From: Trichosphaerium sp. ATCC 40318
Lineage: Eukaryota > Protista > Tubulinea
Length of the DNA: 64,000 nucleotides
Assembly: GCA_038496445.1 (NCBI GenBank)
Contig: JALMLS010000322.1
Span: 248,001 to 312,000 of the forward strand
Reading direction: 5' to 3'
Positions within the stretch are counted from its first letter, which is position 1. Each line of letters begins with the position of its first letter. Made by a program: the position numbers and the translations under genes. Of this stretch, positions 36,347-48,878 are shown one piece after another. The notes under the pieces are model-generated. The model ran no database searches and was not told the DNA's origin. It was given only the letters and a program-made list of their open reading frames with translations.

Positions 36347-39300
36347 ATGTCTCTGGATGCCAGAGAGAAAAGTACGTTTTGGTCTAAAGTAGATGAAGCT
36401 TTCTATTTACAACTAAGCGTAACTTCTTGTCGTTTTGGCGTTTAGACCGTTCACGCTCGCTTTCTAGCTTATTAACGCCAAATCTAGCGTTCGTTGATGA
36501 ACACTTTGGTCGGTACACCAACGAGGAGGTGCAGCACGTAGTCAAACTCAATGTCCAAGTGGCAAAAGGAAAGCGGAAAGTTGCGTCTAAACCTCGCATA
36601 CTAGTATTAGGCCGCTTCAGAATGTTTGTTTTTGGTATAGGAAAGAAGATAAAGCAAACACCGGTACGTATAATTTTAAAATAGCACTCTATCGAACGAA
36701 ATTTGTTCTCAACGCTGCCAAGGTAACGGACATCCACATACTAGATATAAGCGAGTGTATACTAGAAGGTGATAGGGCACGTAATTTTTGTTGCTCTACT
36801 CTATTCCAACGCGACGATACTAACGTCCTTTTCAGTTGACAGTACTTTGGAACCTTAGAGGACCTAAACAAAGACAACAAAACCTCACTTTTGTTTCTGA
36901 CACTTGCGGATCGTTGCTCGCAACCTTTCGTAGTGTGTTTCAGAAAATAGCTCACGATTTCCCTGAGTTTGCCGTTAAAGGAGGAGAAAGGCAGTAAAAG
37001 AGCGCATTGTATTGTACTAATACCAATCTAGTTACCCAGCGACTCCTTATTCGCCGGCATCGCGTACAGAGCCGTATTTGAGTGCGCTTGATTATTCGTT
37101 AGTTAAATTCTGATCGAACTCTTCTAGATACTTATGAAGCATTTTGTGCATACTTTAACGTTGCTCCTAACAAACTATTTATTTACTACATTCAAAACTT
37201 GGAAGCCAAAGGCGAAACAGACTTAGGTAATGCTTTAATTTGCTTCTTGACACCTTTCTTATACATGTCATTAACAAGGTTTTAATAGTTCTCAGTTTTG
37301 AGTGCCCAGGTGTTCAACCAGGAAATGATACAACGTATGAAACATTTTTAAAGATGTAAGAAGATGGTTTGTAGGTATTGACATTTGTTTTTAGAATGAA
37401 CCTTGCTCCTGTATTACTTGCATTGAAGTGGAACAATTATTTCTTTTCAGGTTCGTGTTTAAACTTGCTTATGTATCAACAGAATTGCTGTAGTCCTATG
37501 GTTAATGCATCAACGCTAACCTTATTAATTTAGTGCAAATGGCAGATATTAAGAGAAGAGAAACAGTTGGTTTGGTACGTTGAGTCTACAATAGTTTTAA
37601 TTTAGCGTTATTACACATTTCAGTGCCTTATTTTTGTTGTAGATTGCTGAAGTGATTAAAACAAATGAAACCCTCACAAAAGTAGTTTTATCAGGAGTTA
37701 ACGGCGACCCACGAGCGTTTGCTCTTATTGGCAAAGCTTTACAAGTACGTGATACATTTGCAGACCTTTGTCGCGTATTGTAAACAAATGCAAACTTCTT
37801 TAGACGGCCAATAACCCTAACATTCAAATGCTTGATTTGTCCAATAATAAAATCGAAAAAATAGCTGCTAACTCTATTGCGCGTGGTCTTGCATCATACC
37901 AAACGCCTATTACGCATATTATATTGAGTAATTGTGGATTAAAAGATAAAGGTCTTGCAGATATATTCATTGCTTTCCAACAGAACTTTCAGCTCTCTTT
38001 GGGTATTGAACACTTGGATGTATCATTCAACAAGGTACTTATTGGATAGAAACCAGTTTCTTCCTTGTTCTATCGTTAAAAATCCGTGTAGTTTGGAACA
38101 TTCGCTTCCGAGCAGTTTACAAAATGGGTAAATTCTGGAAGGTCTCACTTGCGTTTAAAATCTTTAATTCTTGCTGGTACAGGATTTAACCTACATTATA
38201 TCGCTGGATTAAAAGGAGCAGCTCACTTAGGTGTAAGTAATGAACAACTACGCCTTTTTTTTTTTTTTAGGTCTAATGTCTTATTAGCTCCTTGATATGT
38301 CTCATATTAATATTGACGCACAAGATACAGCGTATTTACATCACTTTTTGGACGCTAGTCCAAGTTGTAGACAAGTACGTTTTTCAATCTCCCTTCGTTT
38401 TTTTTGCTGTTGCTGTACGTCTTACGTTGTTTGTAGCTTTACTTTAGACATTGTAATCTTACAAAAGATACAGTGGATCAACTATTACCAACACTCTGGG
38501 ATAAACCAGAGGACAATGCCGCAGGTGCTGAAGACTATTTAATTACGCTTGATTTTAGTGGAAATACTGCTTTATCATACAAGTAAGTCAAGAGACTTAT
38601 TTATGAATGAAGCTAATGTATTTCTTTAAAGGGAATTTCCATCTGTGCTCTCTAGAGCACAAAATATCTTCCAATTAGACTTCACTGATATAAAATTTAA
38701 AGGTACAAAAAAGAACCATCGGGAATGTATTTATTGATGTGCTAATTCCTTTTGTTTTTTTTAGGGCCTGTGTTGGTTCAATTAGTAGAAACTGTTTCTC
38801 ATCTACCTTTCTTGAAGAGATTGTTTCTTAGAAATAATCTAGACAGAGGATCTGCAAGAAAGGATACGAGTATGTCCCAATCGACAAGCCAACAACTTTT
38901 TTTTCTTCAATCTTCAATCTTTTGACATGTTTTTATGTTGTTTGGCTTCATTGTATATTATCTTAACGTTTATTTCTTTGTAGTACCTCTATCTGGCGCT
39001 TTATGTACAATGGTTGATTTATCAAACTCATTAGAAGATTTATATATCTGCGGTGGTTATGGTCGTGATATTATTGCAATTTTCTTGAAGTACCTTAATG
39101 ATCACAACAAAAAAATTTCTTTCCTTGATATTTCAGGAAATAATATTGGTGATCATGGAGCTCATATTCTAGCGGATCTTATTAGATCCGGAAATCAAAT
39201 TCTTAAGAAAATTAAAATAAATGATAACGGTATTGGGTTATCTGGATGGCAAGCTCTTTTACAAACAGTACCAAGAACAAGTGTTTGTCAGATTGCTTTC

Positions 39301-40759
39301 CCAACAAGTGATATATTAAAGGCATTAAATGCTCTTGGTGAGAAACAAAAGAGAACATTAATGGAGGTATGTATTACTACTCTTTAAAAGATAATAGAAA
39401 TTTTTGTCTTGACCACGTTCCCATGTGCGTAACGCATTATGGACGACTTTTTTTGTACCAACGAAAATTGTAGTCAAGTCACGCAACTTCTTGAATAAGT
39501 ATTGCCTATTCATACTTAAATTTCTCTTAATTGACAGAAAATATATCCAAAAGAAAAAAATTATTTTCTTTGAATTTATTGTTTAGCGATTGATGTTTCT
39601 GTCAATTTATGTCATAATTAACTAAGAACTAACATGCCTTTTATTTAGATACTCTTCAAGTTACATATTGAGACACAAAAGAATGATAATGGTGATAAGA
39701 GCGGTCTTATATTCAAAGACTACATAATGGAAGAGCGTTACTTACAATTACCTGAAACAATTTCTACAGCAGCAGTAGCTGTTGATGTACCACGTAATCT
39801 AAGAGCTGTATCTTCCCTAGTGCCACCTATTTCAAACCCAGTCATTGAAGAAGGAGATAACCCTTACGATGAGTACTCGGACTATGAAGACTCGAACTAT
39901 GGCGTACGCCTTTAAATGATTTTACATAAACATAAAAAACCAAAAAAACAACAGTTCAACAAAACGTACCGTCTCATTCTGTTTCCTACTTTTGATAGTC
40001 AAAACTAAGGCCTCGTTTTGACTAACTCTAACTAGCCACCACCACCGGATATGCCACCACCTATGATGCCTGGTAGTACATCACCTATGTCAGCATCACC
40101 ACCTCCACCTCCACCAGGTCATAAACCTCCACCTCCAGCATCTAGCCCGCCACCACCAAACCATGGACCTCCACCACCTAAGTCTGTACCGCCACCACCA
40201 ATGTCACCCTTGAGAAATACAGCTCATCACCCTATTCGTACTAACAATCCTCTACCTCCACCTCAACGTGCGAACACATCATTTCCCGTTCCTCCACGAG
40301 GAAACCCACCAGTCCCTGGTAATAGACCAAACCAGTTTCGTACTATCCAAAACCGTCCAAAAGGAGGCGCGAAGAACAGATTTAATACCACACGACCACC
40401 TTCTTGTAAGCAATTTTGAATTTATGGAATCTTGCTTTTTTTTTTGTCCATCGCTCATGATTCGTGTAGCATACAACAAAAAGATGGTACCTCCGCCTAG
40501 AGGTAATCCTCCACCTCCAGGAATGAGACCACCTTCACTTAGAGGAGTGGGACCTAGACCACCTACAAGGCCTCCAGGTTCTCCTGGTGGTCGCATGACA
40601 AAGAGTGCACGTGGTCCCCAAAAAAAGGGTAAGAAAAAGCTTGGTGGCGGCATGGGTGGTGGCGCTGGCAGAGGCGGCTTGTTAAGCTCCATTCAAGGTT
40701 TTAATTCAGGAAAGCTTCAGAAAGCTCAAACGAATGACCGCTCTGCACCAAAAGTTTAA
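36347..40759 (+). CDS. CARMIL/Acan125-like protein: PH-like N-terminus, LRRs, Pro-rich region, C-terminal WH2
   Basis: PRILVLGRFRMFVF; ALKWNNYF; LRRs LDLSNNKI, LDISGNNIGDHGA; polyproline tracts; GRGGLLSSIQGFNSGKLQKAQTNDRSAP WH2. Confidence 0.85.
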
Positions 40760-40916
40760 AAAAACCCTCCCACACTTATCTAGCTCAACCAAAATCCTGT
40801 ATAATAAACACACTATTTACACAACTGATAGAAATACCTCAAGAGCACTTTAGCTGTTTTGACAGGTGGCTTAAACCCATTTAAGTCACATTGACATTTC
40901 GTTGGTTTAAGAGACA

Positions 40917-42549
40917 ATGTTTCGTATCTTATTGGTATTGCTGTGCGTAGTTGCGTCTGTAACCGCTCAAATACGGCTGAAATCTCACTCACAGAACGAG
41001 ACTCAAGTATTAGCTTACGGAGGTACTACATATGCATTAATTAGCGCGTTCAACGCCTATTGGACCATTATAGTTTTTTTTTTGTACCAACTACATTTTT
41101 TTTGGGTTCTTGCATAGCTTCATACGCTTGGTTCTATAAACATACCAAGGATACAAGAACTTTCCTGCATTTTGTGGAACGCAGTTCAACAGCCTTTTTT
41201 TAACTACGTTAGAAAAACGTAACAGTACGGCTATTAGCGTACAATTTACACGATCAGCTGCATACTTTGCGTTTCAAACATCAACTGCTGAAGGAAGTGC
41301 AAAAGAGTTCTCCAGCACATTTAAGAGTCAAAGCATAACTCCAGGGTTTGATATTGCTATAGCCAATGACGGCTTAGACGTTCGATCTGTATCAACATGC
41401 AGCGTTGAAACACAACCTGAAAAGCAGTTATATCTATCGTATACATCTGATAAAGGCGTTAATGTCACAGACCTCAAGATCAAATATGACATTGTTACTC
41501 ATTTGGGTATGTTGCAATGAGTTTTTTTCTAAATTTAAAAACAACTATGGATAGTTGTGTGAAGGATTGATGCCATGAATTTTGTGACAAATGACCGGTA
41601 ATCTATAGGATATCTACCTGAGATTTTGGACATTTGCCACGAAATTTATGACGGTGCACATCACCATCAGAGCCAAAAATATGGCTCAATTTTTTTTTCT
41701 TCTTTTTTTTTTTGTCAGTCTCGCTATATTCTTTGCGGTTTTATCTCAAGTTTGTATTTCTGGGGTTTTTACTCTGTGGACTTATGTTTTATTAAAAGAG
41801 GAATCTTCTATTGAATTAGATCAGGAGTATTGGATATCACCTGTTACTTGGGCTTCAGGATTCCCTTTTTATAGTAAACCTAACTATATTCCATCTTTTT
41901 CGCTTCAAAAGTTTTATTCTGTCCACGTACCTGGAAATTCTAGTTATGATGGTGTACACTTACAATTGGATATAACAAACAAAGCCAATGAAGTTCATGT
42001 ATGGTCAGAGTACGTACTTTTTTTGCAAGATGTCATTTTGTTAAAAAACAACTGCTAGGTATTTCATTTCAATGGCAGCTGGCTCTTATGATTTTAAATG
42101 CGCTCTGCGTGGTAATAGTGTTAAACTAGATCACGATAAACCAGATAAAATACTGACAAAGATAATTAAGAATATACCAGTACCAGTAAATGGTACAACA
42201 ATTGATATATCTTTACTACTTTCAAAACATGAATCTTGGTATTCATCAAAGTTTGAAAGTGCTTTCTCATTTAAAGTCACAACTACACCAGCTGATATTG
42301 TACGTGATACCTTTGGTTTGTTGCCTTTCTTTTTGATCTGTTTCCAACAGATTTTCTGTTTGACACATGTCCATGACTCATTGAGAAACTTACTTTTTTC
42401 AATAGGTACCTGAAACTCCTGCAACAGGGTTTCAACTGGAATTATGGCAAATAATCGTTATAAGTATTATTGGATTTATTATTTTATTACTTATTGCTGG
42501 TACTATATGGTGGAATTGTCGTGGAGGTCAGTATGAGACTATTGAGTAA
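40917..42549 (+). CDS. Type I membrane glycoprotein of unknown function (possibly two genes)
   Basis: Signal peptide MFRILLVLLCVVASVTA; C-terminal TM WQIIVISIIGFIILLLIAGTIWW and tail GQYETIE (Yxx-hydrophobic sorting motif). Confidence 0.6.
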
Positions 42550-42818
42550 CATAATAAACAGCAAAAAAAGAGTAACTTCAAAGAGTTTAATAAAATCGTT
42601 GGTACTTTTGATGTTTTATAGTATGCACACAAACATAGAAAGTACTGTCCATTGTATGATGTATTTAAGTTGTACACGAACTAAAGGCATTCCGAAAGTA
42701 GGTGCCCAGCAAAGTCAACAAGGTTCCGTTTTTGACACATTGTCATCTTCTTTTTGACATTTGCACGTTACTTGCTAAAATACCTTTGGACGTAGTGTAT
42801 CAACATCACAATAGTATA

Positions 42819-44557
42819 ATGAGTGCGCATAAACGGCAAAACGCGCTTTTTAGCGGTAAATGCTTTGTACTCGCCAAAGACTGCAAAGATGTCGCCAGCT
42901 TAATAAATAACAACGGTGGACGCGTCGTGAGGAATCTGGGAAGCAAAGTGAATTATATTGTAACGAACTGTGCTCTGCCGCAATCAAGGTGTGCCAGAGC
43001 GCGACAATACGGCGTCAAAGTTGTATCTGCTACGTTTATCGTCGATACAATCAAAAAGTCTCAAAATACCATCAATGTGGAAGAAGACGGCATAGAAGAA
43101 GCATTACTAGCTCTTGGAAAGAATCCTAGCAAGTACATTCTAAAACCTTCAAAAGGCGCGAAAAAATCACCTCTCATCCGTCAATAATAACACTTTCATC
43201 AGATAAGCAGTTTTCTGCTATGTTTCCGCCTATTTGCGATTGGGCCTTTGAAGAGGACCATGAAGAACAGAATTATGACCAATTTGATACAATGGAACGT
43301 TGGCACTTGTACGCACAAACAATTATTGACCTGTAACTTCAAATGCGATTGTCATCACTTGACGTCAAAGTGAAAATGATTTTTTTGACATTTTGTCATG
43401 AAATGTGACATTTTTTTTGTAGGACCAAAGAACGACAAACTATTTATATAGCACCATTGGGTAATGTATGCAAAAGTTCTACTATAAAATTAGCTGATAT
43501 GATCGATTTCTTATCTGCTTATTTCACCCTACAAGTACGTTCTCTTAGGCCCTTCCTAAGTTAGTCACGTGTCAATTATTTTTTTGTCGCTGATAACTTT
43601 GTTTTTTTTCTAGGTTAAAGTGTTACCTGTAATGCCTATTGTCGAATATTCATCAGACAGCTCTGTCAATATTAAATCTCCAAAATATCTATTCCCTGTA
43701 AGGAATAGGCTTAACGAGTATAAACATAAACGTGTTCATGCTATTGATGTCATTACAGTTCTTGAGGAATTTCTACCTTCTGATGGGTTGTTTGCTAAGA
43801 AAAACCAGTTGGATACTAACTAGTTATTGATAGTTATTGCATCATTGGGTTGATAGATTATGATCTTTATGAGGCAGAAGATGATGAAGAATATGATAAT
43901 ACAATGTTTGGTAGAGGAACAGGTGATCGTTCTGGAGTCATAAGCACATACAGGTACTCAAAAACAAAAACCGAAATCTCACAAAACCTTGACGATGTTT
44001 TTTGCTTTCAGTGTTGTTTAGCGAACCTCAACTTTATAAAACCTTGTTTCAAGACCATTTATTCTCATTTACAAGGCATCTAAAGTTATCCGCTTACGAC
44101 ATCTTAGAACTTCGCCTAGAGGTAATCCTGGTGTCAAAGCAACAGCCTCAATGCGTAGCTTTTGGTTGAAGCAGCTATACAAGACAACAGCGCATGAAAC
44201 ATGTCACATTTTCGGACTCGATCACTGCATCTATTTTCAATGTTTAATGATAGCCAATTCTGACCCAGAGGACTTAGATAGAGATCCTATACACTTATGC
44301 CCAATTTGCTTGCGCAAGCTCGTTAGCGCTACTCGGTTGTACGTGTTTTTTGGTTTTTGAACAAAATGTTCGCTACTCGAATACGCAAGTTTTAATATTC
44401 AACGTATTTGATATTTAGGACGAATGTAAGGGATAAAGACGTTATTTTGGATCGTTGTCGGAATCTACAAAAGTTTTACAAAAGACAAAAGTGGCCTAGC
44501 TACGCTAAATGGTCCCAGAATTACAAAACTATGTGCTTGTCGCAGTTGAGCGAGTAG
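42819..44557 (+). CDS. BRCT domain fused to archaemetzincin (peptidase M54) zinc protease
   Basis: BRCT LFSGKCFVL...INNNGGRV...VNYIVT...GVKVVSATFIVD; protease HETCHIFGLDHCIYFQCLM...HLCPICLRKL; joined through a GC-AG intron 43129-43202. Confidence 0.85.
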
Positions 44558-44898
44558 ATAATTTTCTTGCGCAAGTAAAGATACCCATTTGCCATTTCGA
44601 TAAAAATAAGAAAGAGCTGTTAGATAGCTTGTGCGTGTGTACTGTTGTGGTTTAACGATTCAAATGTCATTGATGACTATCTTTGGCAGGAGTCTTACTT
44701 TTCCTTTGTTGGTCCCCTGGTCTGTGACTCTACGCATAGGGTATACGTTGAAGTGTTTATTTACTAGCGGAAGTGTAACTTCCTTTTGTAGACCAATGCC
44801 TCTTTTGCTTCAGTTATCGAACAAACACACTCAAACCTCACCTAAAGCACAACACCTCAACCACCAGCACAAAAAAAATCACTCAACAAGCCTACACG

Positions 44899-46024
44899 AT
44901 GATCAACGCACAAACGACATACTTACTTGTACTTGCACTTCTTTTTCTATGCGCACACGCAGATAACATGAAAAATACCTGTGGAAAGTTCTACCAAGCT
45001 AGTAGCCAAAGTAGAGACGGACAAGTACGCATTTTGATATTTATTTTACTTCAACATCTTTCAGCCGCTAACCTTGCACAGACTCACCCTCGATTCTATT
45101 GTACAAGAACTTGTACCGACTATCAGCTTGACGATTGCTCAAGAGGAACAAAATGCAAAACGGAATGTGAACCGAAGGTACCCACAGATCAAAAACTCTT
45201 TAAAAAAACCGTTATCTTGAGTAGCTTCACAACTCACTTTTTTCGCAGACAGATGATGAGTGTATGAATGACGCCCGGAGGACTGGTTTGAACCGAAAGG
45301 ACGCCATGAAACTTTGTGGAATACCTATGGTTCCAAAAGGCAGTATGAAACAAACAAAGGTAGGTCCCTGATTCCCTGATTCCTTTTTTCTCTTCTCGTC
45401 TAGCGTTTTCTTAATTTTTTATTTTAGTACCCTACATCCGTCTCAGAGTGTCCACTATATTGTAGAACCAACTTCCCTGAGTCGTTAACACACTGCGTAA
45501 GCGACTGTGTTGAGTTCTGCGCACCAACAAAGAAACAAACATCTTATCCAAAAAATCCTCAAGAACCAAGAATGTATCCAAAGGATCCTTACGGAGAGCC
45601 AATGAATCCAAAACAACCTCAAGAACCAAGAATGTATCCAAAGGATCCTCAAGAAAAGCCAAGAATGTTCCCAGCATCCCCTGAACTGTGCCCAGACTTC
45701 TGTAAAAGAAACTTTCCTACCCATATCAATCAATGCGTTAGTACCTGCGTACAATCCTGCACCCTTACAAAGGAACGAACATCTTATCCAAAAAATCCTG
45801 AAGGAACCTCAAGAATGTACCCAAAGTATCCTCACAGAGAGCCAATGAATCCAGAACAACCTAAAGAACCAAGGATGTACCCACAAGATCCAAAAAACCC
45901 AGAAAAGTACACACAGGCCAAAACCAAATGCGAATGCTTCTCTAATTGTGCAAGTCAATTCCCAGGACGTGCTGCATGTTATCAATGTTATGACTCTTGT
46001 AACGTACAGTTCAAGGGCCATTAA
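44899..46024 (+). CDS. Secreted Cys-rich protein with Pro/Tyr/Lys-rich repeats
   Basis: Signal peptide; CxxxC modules (CPLYC..CVSDCVEFC; CPDFC..CVSTCVQSC; CFSNC..CYQCYDSC) separated by (R)MYPKDP/SYPKNP/QEP repeats. Confidence 0.75.
45541..45905 (+). repeat. Internal tandem coding repeats with a 240-bp higher-order duplication
   Basis: ATCTTATCCAAAAAATCCT at 45541 and 45781; repeated CCTCAAGAACCAAGAATGTATCCAAAGGATCCT units. Confidence 0.85.
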
Positions 46025-46264
46025 AGAGTGGTACCTACTTCATCACAAACTCACGTGTCAAAAATAAATTCACGTTTCGTATGTTTAAACAATTTAATCA
46101 GTGCCAACATCTGTTACGTATTAGAAACTCAAATTTATTTTCATTTCCGCTTAAACGTCATCTAAAGGGTTGTGTACTTTGACTGATGCGCTACTTTAAC
46201 AGCTTCTCTCTGTTAATCATAATACACGTGGACATTTACTTCTGTTTTTAAATGTAAAGAGCAC

Positions 46265-48354
46265 TTAATCACTTTCTAAAGTCAGTTTGCCTTTCCTATC
46301 CCAGTACTTATAGTTCACTCTCGTACCATCAACATAATTAGATAACTCACGTAACTGACCATTATCATGCCAGCACTTACACTCCCCAACTAGCGTAGTA
46401 TCATCATAGTACATGTGTGAATACAATTGCCCATTACCATGCCAAACTTTGAACTCACCTTTTTTCTTACCATTAACATAAAAACACTCTTCATATAACT
46501 GTCCATTAGGATTCCAAACCTTGCTTACTCCTTCCTTTTTATCATTCTTGAAGTACATCTCTTTTACCAAAGTACCATCATAATACCACCTCTTCAATAA
46601 TCCTTCTCTTTTACCGTTGACATATTCACCTTGTTCTTTTAATTTTCCATCACCATGGTACACCTTATACTCTCCATGTAATACTCCATTAACAAAGTTG
46701 AAATGTTCACATAAACCACCAGTTTCATAATACTTTTTATACTCACCTTCTTTCTTACCATTGACAAAAGTACATTCTTTTTCTAATTGTGGATAGTACC
46801 TATACCAACTCTTATACTCTCCTTCACACTTACCATTAACTATAGTATATTGTAACATTAAGTGACCGGCAAACGCCCATTCTTTATACTCACCCTCCTT
46901 CCTTCCATCTACAAAACGTCCTTTTGCAGCCAATTTACCATTTTCGCTCCACTCCCTGTACTCTCCATGCTTTTTACCGTTTTTCCAGTATTCTTGAGTT
47001 ATAATCTGCGGTACCATTCTACCACCTTCGGGATTAATTTTGAAAATGTGTTGAACCCATTTGCCGTGTTTTAATAGGTTAGAATCGTATCTCGATACTA
47101 TAGCCGCAGATTTTGATAAGAGAGGCCACTTTACATATAAATCAATGTCTAGACCCATAATTTCTAGCTGTAGCTCAACTGGAAGATTAAGCAGGTGCTT
47201 TTCATCCGTGTTTGAGCACTTGTTCTATTTTGCGGTGTTAGAGCGAATTTTACTAAGCAGTACCCATTTGGAAAAAAAATCGTCAACAACTTAGAAACCC
47301 GTAAAACAGCGAATTTATTTTTTGTATACAAGCTACTATATGTTAGGTATATGCGTGTAGCTTAAGAGAGCTCTAAAAACTATTGACCATTCTCCATCAG
47401 TCGATTAAGTTTTTTTGTCATTTTTCCGTATTAAAGACAAAAAGTCTCATCTCCAATGCCATTATTTTCATCCAAAACATCTAGTGTGCTCCAGTCAAAT
47501 GCCTTGCGTACTCTTTTATCATTAGCAGGAACTTGACTAGCAACAAAATCCACATCCAATTCCCAAAATTCAAAGTTTTTTTCTTGTTTACTACTCTAGT
47601 ACTCAAGCAACTCTATTTTTCGAACTTGATACTGTAACTCTGCACCTTCTTGCATACCTACTTTGAGTTTTAAGAAACGCTACCACGTGTTGTTGCACTT
47701 TGTTGTTAAACGCATCCAACTGCCTATCCTTGTGTAAGTGTGATTATTGGAGTAGTTTGACGCACTGTTTTTGGTATTTTTTTGATTTGAGTTTTGAAAA
47801 CGGTCCAATAGGCCTTCCTCTCCTCTTACACGCCTTATAGATGCGTTAACAACACTTTGCGGAAGTTGGTAAGCACGTGATCCTGAAATCTCAAGCCAAA
47901 ATCTCTCAGCTGTAATTTGTCCAGGCGTTTTCATTCCGACACTGAGCACACGCAAATCCTTTATCCGCTTCGCTAACATCTAACTTCCCATGTGCCATTG
48001 GTCATTTTTGTAGTACTGTAACTCTAGAGCCTTTAGCAGCCCTGACGTATTCACAGCACACACAACGTTCCACCTGCGCCATGCAACAGCAGTATCAGTA
48101 GCCAAAGCCTAACGGGTGGAGGAAATAGTGATTTAAATTCTTCGCGGCAAAAATTTGACTTTTTTTGCGCGTAAACAGTATTGATTTTTTTTTGACTTTC
48201 AAAATAACACAAACGCACTAAAACTAGTGACAACATGTTTCCCATGCGTATTTACGTGTGTACAACAAGTGGCACTGCTTAGCAAAATTCGCTCTAGTGG
48301 TAGCAAGCACGTGTTTTACGTTTAAAAATCAAATACCTCGCGTTTTGTTGCCAT
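46265..48354 (-). CDS. F-box + MORN-variant (MORN_2/YwqK-like) repeat protein
   Basis: Exon 1 48354-48337 (MATKRE), intron 48336-47225, exon 2 from 47224 in frame: NKCSNTDEKHLLNLPVELQLEIMGLD (F-box) then about 10 repeats of NGKKEGEYKxW/YxxNGxL. Confidence 0.85.
47241..48294. mobile_element. Putative non-autonomous DNA transposon with ~30-bp imperfect TIRs and TA target-site duplication
   Basis: Left end GAGCGAATTTTACTAAGCAGTACCCATTTG, right end CAAGTGGCACTGCTTAGCAAAATTCGCTC; TA at 47239-47240 and 48295-48296; removal restores a 56-nt intron. Confidence 0.8.
47431..48108 (-). pseudogene. Spliced cargo ORF inside the TIR element, with an in-frame TAG
   Basis: ALATDTAVAWRRWNVV...WHMGS*MLAKRIKDL... 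(stop at 47980-47982), continuing through introns to ...FDWSTLDVLDENNGIGDETFCL*. Confidence 0.45.
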
Positions 48355-48878
48355 TACGGTTGGTAGTTTAGGGTGTTTTAGAATTCTTTGGAATTTCATC
48401 ACGTGATATTTTTTTACATGGTTGATGTTTGTTAAGGGTCCTTAACTTTCGCAATTCCAGGTGCACCTCTGAATTCTTTGTTGTTTGAGAATAGAACGGG
48501 TACTCGCAGATGAGGATATAGGAACTGAAAAGGGCCTGGTGTGTCTCGGAAAATAAGTGAAGTAACCAATTACCTCAACAATAGTGTACTTCAAAGCAGT
48601 CCCCTCTTTCCACCCACCTTCCAAGCTGTGGGTGGCAGGTGTTTTTAAGCCGTTAACAACATAGATATCAAGTGATAAAATGGACAAGTATTGATAAACA
48701 TAAACACTCGAGCTAGCATTAGCAGCTCTGCTTGCACAAGCAATTTATAGCGAACAAAACTATCTTCTTTACATGTCAAATGTGTGTAGGCGATTTAGAC
48801 AATTCACAAAAGTGTCGAGATCTTGATTTAACTTGCAAGTCAACAAAAAGTCTCGATTAAGTTTCCAAAAAAGTAACG

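Noticed and set aside
45541-45905. Direct repeats with variable spacers, superficially CRISPR-like
   Set aside because: In-frame coding repeats of a secreted eukaryotic protein; no cas genes
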